Below, in pieces: positions 57,759-64,000 of a stretch of DNA of 64,000 nucleotides (position 1 is the first letter of the stretch; every line of letters starts with the position of its first letter). Source of the DNA: a virus; IMG/VR virus record IMGVR_UViG_3300037993_001242, positions 32,001 through 96,000 of that record. The stretch is one strand, 5' to 3'. The translations under genes and the position numbers were made by a program. Under the pieces are notes generated by a model that made no database searches, was not told the origin of the DNA, and saw only the letters and a program-made list of their open reading frames with translations.

Positions 57759-58454
57759 ATGAGCAACGAACAAAAGATGCTTGAGGATTTGCCGGAAATT
57801 CTGCCCACTTTTGGCGATCCGGTGCGCATCGTTGAACTGGGCGTCAATGACGGATACCACACCCGCGCCATCATCGACTGGCTCGACGGCCTGCACCGTC
57901 GTTTCATTTACGTTGGCCTTGAACCCGATCCTCGCATCCACCCGATCCTGCCCACCACCGTCAATTTCGTACGCGCCGCCATCGCGAGCGAAGACAAAAT
58001 GATGGCGCTCCACCTGTCTGAAGGCGTCAGCGATGACGGCGCGATTTACAGTGGCTCGTCCTCGTTGCATCCGCCGGGAGAACTGATCCATCAGTACTGG
58101 CCCAAGATGAAGTTCCTGAAGACCACGCAGGTCATGGGCGTCACCTACGACACACTTTGCGCGCATCACGGGCTGGATGAAGTTGACTTCGTGTGGTGTG
58201 ACACCCAAGGCTGCGAAGTGGACGCCATCAAGGGCGGTTCGCAGTTTTTTCCCAAAACAAAATGGTTCTTCACCGAGTATGCCGACGCCCGTATTTACAG
58301 CGGGCAAGCAACTTTTAAGGAACTGTGCGCGATGCTCCCGGACTGGGAGGTCTACACGGATTACGGCGGTGACGCCTTGCTCAGAAATAAACACTATGAT
58401 CATCCTCTGCGAGTACTGGAAAGACAAAAATGCGGAGCGCCAAAAGGAACTTGA
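57759..58454 (+). CDS. FkbM-family methyltransferase
   Basis: IVELGVNDG, GLEPDP, VDFVWCDTQGCEVDAIKG. Confidence 0.85.
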   Translation: MSNEQKMLEDLPEILPTFGDPVRIVELGVNDGYHTRAIIDWLDGLHRRFIYVGLEPDPRIHPILPTTVNFVRAAIASEDKMMALHLSEGVSDDGAIYSGSSSLHPPGELIHQYWPKMKFLKTTQVMGVTYDTLCAHHGLDEVDFVWCDTQGCEVDAIKGGSQFFPKTKWFFTEYADARIYSGQATFKELCAMLPDWEVYTDYGGDALLRNKHYDHPLRVLERQKCGAPKGT

Positions 58455-58998
58455 TTTCGCGCTGTCCATCAATCAAAGCCTGCCGTTCGTCAGCAAAATT
58501 ATTTTGTTCACGGAAAACGGCGCAACTTTTGACGGCCCAAAAATCGAGCACATCCCCTGCCCGAAGCGACCGACCTATTTTGAAATTTTTCAAGTAGCCA
58601 ACCGGTATTCAGACACTTGCGCGGTCATCAACACCGACATCCACTTTTTGCCTGAAACGGAGGAATGTCTGAAACGTTTCGACCTGAATATCCACGTCCT
58701 TTGCCTTTCGCGGTGGGATGCGCAGCGCGACGGCTCGCTCGTGCCGTTTACCACCGGCGGCTCGTACGACACCTACATTTTCAAAAGCCCGCTGCCCATC
58801 AGAGAGCAGTTCAGCAACCACACCGCCGGTATTCCGGGATGCGACGCCAAGCTCTGCTTCGCCATGAATCAAATTCGTTCCGCGCTCAATCCTGCCATGA
58901 CGGTGGTCACTGTCCATGTTCACATGAGCGGCATCCGCAATCTCGACTGCAACACCCGTCTCTTTGGAAACTATCACGTTGTCCCGGTTTCCAAATGA
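58396..58998 (+). CDS. Glycosyltransferase-like hypothetical protein
   Basis: RQKELDFAL, INTDIHF, LSRWD, GIPGCD. Confidence 0.6.
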   Translation: MIILCEYWKDKNAERQKELDFALSINQSLPFVSKIILFTENGATFDGPKIEHIPCPKRPTYFEIFQVANRYSDTCAVINTDIHFLPETEECLKRFDLNIHVLCLSRWDAQRDGSLVPFTTGGSYDTYIFKSPLPIREQFSNHTAGIPGCDAKLCFAMNQIRSALNPAMTVVTVHVHMSGIRNLDCNTRLFGNYHVVPVSK

Positions 58999-59774
58999 AC
59001 TACGACTATTTTAACAACTGGCATCTTGGCGACTGCCTGTGGCAATGCGTGTTCCTGCGCAAAGCCGCGACGGCGCATCCCGATCACAGTTTTACTTTTT
59101 ACTGCCGGGCCGATTACCTCAATCAGCTACAGGAAGTCATCGCCGATCTACCCAACGTCACACTTAAACCACTGGAGCAAAAGACACCGGGCGCTATTGA
59201 CTGCTGGATGGGCACTGGAGCCTACAACGGCAAGCAGTACTGGCACAATCATCCGCAGCGGAACGATGTCGTTTTCTTTTTCATCGACTGGTTCAACCGC
59301 CTGTGCGAGCAATCCAAAATAGAGCCGCTCTTTCGTGACCGAACGGACTGTCTTTTCGAGTATCCGGCGCTCCACAGCATCAATGCCCCGACCCCGGACT
59401 TTGATTATCTGGTCATCAATTCCGCACCCCTGAGCGGCCAATTTAACTGGAACCCGACCGCCATGAACCATCTGATCCAGCGGCTGTCGCAAAAACAACG
59501 CGTCATCACAACCAACGCCTCCGCTGTAACCCATTTATTCTGCACGGAAAAACAAGGCATGACGGTGACACAGATTGGCAACATTTCTTTGCGCGCCAAA
59601 GGCATTGTGATGGTGGCCAACGGCCCTTGCTGGCCCACTTACAATGTCCAGAATTTATCCAAACCACGCGTCGTTTTGCTAAATCAGGTAAAAATTGATT
59701 ATGGCGCTCCCAATCCACACTTCAACAGTACGGAAGCGGCTGAAGCATATCTTCAACAACAAGGACTGCTATGA
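58995..59774 (+). CDS. Glycosyltransferase-like hypothetical protein
   Basis: WHLGDCLW, INSAPLSGQF, IGNISL...GP. Confidence 0.55.
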   Translation: MNYDYFNNWHLGDCLWQCVFLRKAATAHPDHSFTFYCRADYLNQLQEVIADLPNVTLKPLEQKTPGAIDCWMGTGAYNGKQYWHNHPQRNDVVFFFIDWFNRLCEQSKIEPLFRDRTDCLFEYPALHSINAPTPDFDYLVINSAPLSGQFNWNPTAMNHLIQRLSQKQRVITTNASAVTHLFCTEKQGMTVTQIGNISLRAKGIVMVANGPCWPTYNVQNLSKPRVVLLNQVKIDYGAPNPHFNSTEAAEAYLQQQGLL

Positions 59775-60307
59775 CCTATAAAGACGAACTTTGCCGAGCG
59801 ATGAAACACCTTTCAGCCCAACCTAAGATGCGTTTCATCGGCTACAATGTACGTTACAGCCACCGGGCGGAAGGAACCTTGGTTGATATTCCAGAGCAGC
59901 AATTGATCGAAACGCCGGTGGCCGAGAATTTGATCATTGGACTGGCAACCGGCTACGCCCTGCAAAATTTTACCGTCATGGCTTACATCGAGCGCTTCGA
60001 TTTTGTCCTTAACGCGCTTGATGCCCTGATCAATCACCTGTCCAAAATCAAAAGCATGTCGGGCGGCCAATTCAATCCGAACATCCTCATTCGCACCCTC
60101 GTTGGAAATAGAAAATATCCGCTTTTTAGCGGCATGACGCACACACAGGATTTTTCAGAACCTCTTAGCCAGATGTTAAGATTTCCTGTTGTTCAGCTTC
60201 ATACGCCCGATGCGGTATTTAGGGAATATGCCCGCGCTATCGATGAATTGCAGGAGCATTCAACGCTATTGGTCGAATATCGCGACAATTATACACTCGA
60301 ATGTTAA
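59771..60307 (+). CDS. TPP-dependent enzyme E1 beta/transketolase pyrimidine-binding subunit
   Basis: ETPVAENLIIGLATGYAL, RFDFVLNALD, HTQDF. Confidence 0.85.
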   Translation: MTYKDELCRAMKHLSAQPKMRFIGYNVRYSHRAEGTLVDIPEQQLIETPVAENLIIGLATGYALQNFTVMAYIERFDFVLNALDALINHLSKIKSMSGGQFNPNILIRTLVGNRKYPLFSGMTHTQDFSEPLSQMLRFPVVQLHTPDAVFREYARAIDELQEHSTLLVEYRDNYTLEC

Positions 60308-62424
60308 CCAACAAGTACAGCGACCTGAAGATCGTCGGGTTTCCCGACAAACTTCAATCTTTTCGTGATGGGACGATCACGGCTCCCATCTACGTGCGCT
60401 TAAAGCCGATAAATCGTTGCAATCACGATTGTTTTTTCTGCCTCGTTGCGGGCACTCGTGTAGTTACAGAAAATGGTGAAAGTGCAATCGAAAACATTAA
60501 AACTGGCGACCGCGTATTCGCGCCTGATGGAAGCCTGAACACAGTAACCGCCGTAAGCAAACGCCTTGTACATGAAACAGTTATCCTCAAATGCGGCAGT
60601 TATTCCATCGAAGCTTCTCCTGAACACCCGCTACTCACGCTGGAAAGCTGGAAGGCTGCTGGTGAATTTCACAAAGGGGATACCGCCTTTGTGCGCGTGC
60701 GGATGCGGACAAATAGTGAAAGCACACCGCCAAACGTGGAATCTTTACGTGGTAAAACACCAACCAAGAATGGCAGCTTCCGAGGAACATTACCGGCGCA
60801 TATCAAAATTGATGACAGCCAACAACCCAATGAAACGCCCAGAAGTAGCCCAAAAAATGGCGTTATCACGCAGAGGCGTAAAAACAAAATTCAGCCCAGC
60901 ACACCGCGAATTTTTATCAAAAACAGCCCGCCAACGAATGTTGTCCGACAAAAATCCAATGAAAAATCCAAAAATAGCTCAAAAAGCTTTTCGGAATCGA
61001 GTGCAGCGACCAACATCGTTGCACGAATCCGCCTTCAAAGACTGGCTGGAAGCAAACAACTTTCCAATTCAGCACACGGGCAACAATTTCATGTGGATCA
61101 ATCGAAGGAACCCGGATTTCAGAGTAACTGGACAGAAAAAAGCAATCGAATTAACACAAGGCCAGTGCTTCAACAATCATCGTATATTGCGAACAATGGA
61201 GAATTATGCCAGACCAACAATTCAACATTACCAAGCCAGCAAATGGCAATGTCTTGTGATATTCTTAAAAAAGAACACCGAACCTTGTCTACAACTGAAA
61301 AACGCGCTGATAAATTTTATGCTGCCGGAATGCAACTGGAGCGGGGTCTGGAACTACGACAAATTGATTCTGTTCGGAAAATTGCAAAAACTAAATTAGT
61401 CTATAACTTTTCTTGCAGCCCTATTGAAGCTTACGAAGCCAACGGATTTGTGGTTCATAACTGTGTATACGCACAAAGCAACCGCAAAGAAATTCCCGCC
61501 ACCGAAGACGGTCTGGATCACATTATATCCAAAATGCACGAGGACATGAATGAAGCCGACGTGATCCCAACCGACAAAATGCTGGAAGTGCTCGATGACT
61601 TCAAAGAAATCGGCGTGCGCGCCGTGACCTACTCCGGCGGCGGCGAACCGCTGATGCACCGTGACATCGTTCTTTTTATGGAGCGCACCCTGCAATACGG
61701 CATCGATCTTTCGATCATCACCAACGGTCAGTTGTTGCGCGGACGGCGGGCCGAGGTTCTGGCAGCGGCAAAATGGGTTCGCGTCAGCGTCGATTACACC
61801 ACCGCCGGACAGATGGCCTTGTCCCGCCGCGTACCCGAACGCCTTTTTGACGAAGTGCTTGATAATATCCGGCAGTTTGCAAAAATCAAACAACCGGCCT
61901 GCGACCTTGGCGTCAATTACATCATCCACCGCCAAAATTATCACGGGTTGGTGCCTTTCACCAAAGCGCTCAAAGACTGCGGCGTCACCAACGTCCGTTT
62001 CAGCCCCATGTGGATGCCTGATTTCATCAACTACCATGCACCCATTAAAGACGAGGTTGGTGCCCAGTTGCGTGAAGCCCAAAAGCTTGTGGATCATGCG
62101 TTCACGGTCAATTCAACCTTCGATCTCGGCAGCAGCGCGCATCTGCCAAATCGAAGCTATACCCGCTGTTTTTTCATGCAGATGGTGCCCGTGATCGGTG
62201 CAGACCAGAAAGTATACGCCTGCCACAACAAAGCCTACGACCATACTGGATGCCTCGGCTCCATCGCAGACAAACGTTTCAAAGACCTTTGGTTCAGCAA
62301 TGAAACCAAGCGCTTTTTTGAAACACTGAATCCGATGGAGACTTGTCGCCATCAGTGCGCCAACGACTCCAAAAACCGCAACATCCTTAACCTGATAGAC
62401 GCGCACATTGATAATTTCGTATGA
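60301..62424 (+). CDS. Radical SAM/SPASM enzyme containing an intein
   Basis: After splicing CNHDCFF|CVY restores CxxxCxxC; SGGGEPL, ITNG, C-terminal YACH...C. Confidence 0.9.
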   Translation: MLTNKYSDLKIVGFPDKLQSFRDGTITAPIYVRLKPINRCNHDCFFCLVAGTRVVTENGESAIENIKTGDRVFAPDGSLNTVTAVSKRLVHETVILKCGSYSIEASPEHPLLTLESWKAAGEFHKGDTAFVRVRMRTNSESTPPNVESLRGKTPTKNGSFRGTLPAHIKIDDSQQPNETPRSSPKNGVITQRRKNKIQPSTPRIFIKNSPPTNVVRQKSNEKSKNSSKSFSESSAATNIVARIRLQRLAGSKQLSNSAHGQQFHVDQSKEPGFQSNWTEKSNRINTRPVLQQSSYIANNGELCQTNNSTLPSQQMAMSCDILKKEHRTLSTTEKRADKFYAAGMQLERGLELRQIDSVRKIAKTKLVYNFSCSPIEAYEANGFVVHNCVYAQSNRKEIPATEDGLDHIISKMHEDMNEADVIPTDKMLEVLDDFKEIGVRAVTYSGGGEPLMHRDIVLFMERTLQYGIDLSIITNGQLLRGRRAEVLAAAKWVRVSVDYTTAGQMALSRRVPERLFDEVLDNIRQFAKIKQPACDLGVNYIIHRQNYHGLVPFTKALKDCGVTNVRFSPMWMPDFINYHAPIKDEVGAQLREAQKLVDHAFTVNSTFDLGSSAHLPNRSYTRCFFMQMVPVIGADQKVYACHNKAYDHTGCLGSIADKRFKDLWFSNETKRFFETLNPMETCRHQCANDSKNRNILNLIDAHIDNFV
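60439..61461 (+). mobile_element. Intein (341 aa)
   Basis: Block A CLVAGTRV, block B ASPEHPLL, block F VYNF, block G VVHN followed by Cys+1. Confidence 0.92.
60662..61399 (+). CDS. Vsr/DUF559-like endonuclease nested in the +1 frame of the intein
   Basis: LCACGCG, NUMOD3-like NPMK repeats, PTSLHE...NPDF...KAIE...WQCLVIF; GGAAGG 6 nt before the GTG. Confidence 0.75.
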   Translation: MNFTKGIPPLCACGCGQIVKAHRQTWNLYVVKHQPRMAASEEHYRRISKLMTANNPMKRPEVAQKMALSRRGVKTKFSPAHREFLSKTARQRMLSDKNPMKNPKIAQKAFRNRVQRPTSLHESAFKDWLEANNFPIQHTGNNFMWINRRNPDFRVTGQKKAIELTQGQCFNNHRILRTMENYARPTIQHYQASKWQCLVIFLKKNTEPCLQLKNALINFMLPECNWSGVWNYDKLILFGKLQKLN

Positions 62425-63161
62425 GCAACGCACATCCCAGCACCCATATTCCCAATATCCGTCGTCTTGAAATCCACATCACGTATCGGTGCAACCTGCG
62501 CTGTACCCACTGTTCAAACAACATCTCGCAAGCTCCCAGTCAGGAGATCATGCCCGCCGAACGAATCGAAAACCTGCTCAATGAGTCGGCGCGGCTAAAC
62601 TGGCTGTGGGACTGGCTGGTCTTGCACGGCGGCGAACCCACACTGCATCCAGAGTTTGAGCGCATCTGTGCCCTGCTGGCCGATTACAAAAAGCGCTCAA
62701 ATCCCGCCGTGAATCTGTTTGTATGCACCAACGGTCACGGCGAGTTCGTGCGCAAGCAGCTTGCCGTAACGCAACAATACGGCATTACAAACTGCAACAG
62801 CGACAAAAACGGCAGTCCACTCATAGTGTACCACGTTCCGCTTAGCGTCAGTCCTGAAGACTGCGGCGAGGACTACTACCTCGGATGCTTTCAAACCAGC
62901 CGCTGCGGCATATCCTATACCAACAGCGGATTTTACGAATGCTCCCCCGCCGGAGCTTCGGAACGTCTTTTCGGTTATCCACCGCTGGTCGCGGAACTCA
63001 AAGACTTAACCGCAGAAAAATTAGCCGAAGGTTTTAAAGTTCATTGCAAGCACTGCGGATATTCCAGACTGCAATTGATACCCCATCCCGACGCACCCAT
63101 GAGCAAAACTTGGCTCGAAGCCATCGAACGATACAAAAACCGACATGAAACAGCGCACTAA
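62421..63161 (+). CDS. Radical SAM protein
   Basis: CNLRCTHC, HGGEPTLHP, TNG. Confidence 0.88.
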   Translation: MSNAHPSTHIPNIRRLEIHITYRCNLRCTHCSNNISQAPSQEIMPAERIENLLNESARLNWLWDWLVLHGGEPTLHPEFERICALLADYKKRSNPAVNLFVCTNGHGEFVRKQLAVTQQYGITNCNSDKNGSPLIVYHVPLSVSPEDCGEDYYLGCFQTSRCGISYTNSGFYECSPAGASERLFGYPPLVAELKDLTAEKLAEGFKVHCKHCGYSRLQLIPHPDAPMSKTWLEAIERYKNRHETAH

Positions 63162-63795
63162 AGAGCAACTCATTGCGTTTGAAAAGCATATCCAAGACCT
63201 CTTTGAGAACGGCCAGCTACCTTTTAAAATTCATCTGGCTGGGGGCAACGAGGAACAGTTGATCGAGCTTTTCGGGCACATTCAAAGCGATGACTGGATT
63301 TTTTCCAATCACCGATCCCATTACCACTACTTGCTGGCGGGTGGAACCGAAGAAAAACTCGAAAAGATGATTCGAGCAGGCGACAGCATGTTTGTCTTCG
63401 ACCGAAGCGTAAACTTCCTGACCTCCTCGGTTCTGGCAGGCTCTTCTTGCATCGCGGCGGGCGTGGCTGCCGCGATCAAGGAACAAAACGGCAAGAACCA
63501 CGTCTGGTGCTTTATCGGCGACGGCGGAGAAGATGAAGGCCATTTTTACGAAGCCGTGCGCTACGTTGATGGCCATGATCTTCCGTGTACTTTCGTAATC
63601 GAGGACAACGACCGCAGTTGCGACGCCACCAAATTACAACGGCGAGGGCACTCGGAAATCACATGGCCACGATGCGTCTGGCGTTACCACTACGTAGCCA
63701 CCTTTCCACACGGCGGCACCGGCTGCAAACAATGGATAAAATTTGATCCCGAAATTTTAAAAGCGCAAGAAACCGCGAACAAGCATCAACTATGA
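63145..63795 (+). CDS. TPP-dependent enzyme E1 alpha subunit
   Basis: HRSHYH, TPP motif GDGGEDEG...FVIEDN. Confidence 0.88.
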   Translation: MKQRTKEQLIAFEKHIQDLFENGQLPFKIHLAGGNEEQLIELFGHIQSDDWIFSNHRSHYHYLLAGGTEEKLEKMIRAGDSMFVFDRSVNFLTSSVLAGSSCIAAGVAAAIKEQNGKNHVWCFIGDGGEDEGHFYEAVRYVDGHDLPCTFVIEDNDRSCDATKLQRRGHSEITWPRCVWRYHYVATFPHGGTGCKQWIKFDPEILKAQETANKHQL

Positions 63796-64000
63796 ATACC
63801 GCAGAAATTCAGATAGAAATCGGCAAATATAAATGGTACCACTGTATCGAGGTTGGCGGTTGTATGACGCCGGGCATCGAAGGATTCATGCCTGTGTGTC
63901 ACTGGGCGCTCAATCTGCTCAAGAAGTATGACCTGAATGGCAAAAACGTGCTCGACGTTGGAGCGCGGGACTGCTTTTTCAGCCTGAATATCGAGCGCAT
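63792..64000 (+). CDS. SAM-dependent methyltransferase, partial
   Basis: WYHCIEV...TPG, VLDVGARDCFFS; runs off the right edge. Confidence 0.75.
   Translation, partial: MNTAEIQIEIGKYKWYHCIEVGGCMTPGIEGFMPVCHWALNLLKKYDLNGKNVLDVGARDCFFSLNIER

Overview
This window is a 64-kb segment of a large tailed dsDNA (jumbo, myovirus-like) bacteriophage genome, not a host chromosome. It has no rRNA or housekeeping operons. It does have a T4 gp13-like neck gene, a RecA/UvsX-SSB-UvsY recombination module, two tandem sigma-like factors, a family A DNA polymerase with an N-terminal UDG-like domain, a DnaB-like helicase and an NAD-dependent ligase. The centre (18.4-42.3 kb) is a minus-strand RNA island. It holds 45 tRNAs covering all 20 amino acids, two degenerate tRNA-like elements, a tmRNA and a Ro60/TROVE gene. 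It also holds five Y-RNA-like genes sharing GGGCCGA-N8-10-GGTTATC...CCTTGCCC (two with circularly permuted tRNA modules), a ~245-nt RNA with a third permuted tRNA module, and several unexplained structured spacers. Only 7 of 45 tRNAs keep a canonical TTCRA T-loop, whereas the tRNA mimics all keep it. At least 12 small cargo ORFs share an 'A-K/E-Q-I/V-V-x-x-L-L-E' peptide that resembles a capsid-targeting/prohead-protease signal. Most of them sit 4-8 nt behind a GTA(G/A/T)TTA motif that also precedes the neck gene. The right end is a sugar-modification-like cluster (FkbM methyltransferase, glycosyltransferase-like genes, TPP-dependent E1 alpha/beta, two radical SAM enzymes). One radical SAM gene carries an intein that splits its CxxxCxxC motif and hides a complete Vsr-like endonuclease in the +1 frame. 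Secreted-protein motifs suggest a Verrucomicrobia-like host (inference). All calls were made by eye, without database searches.
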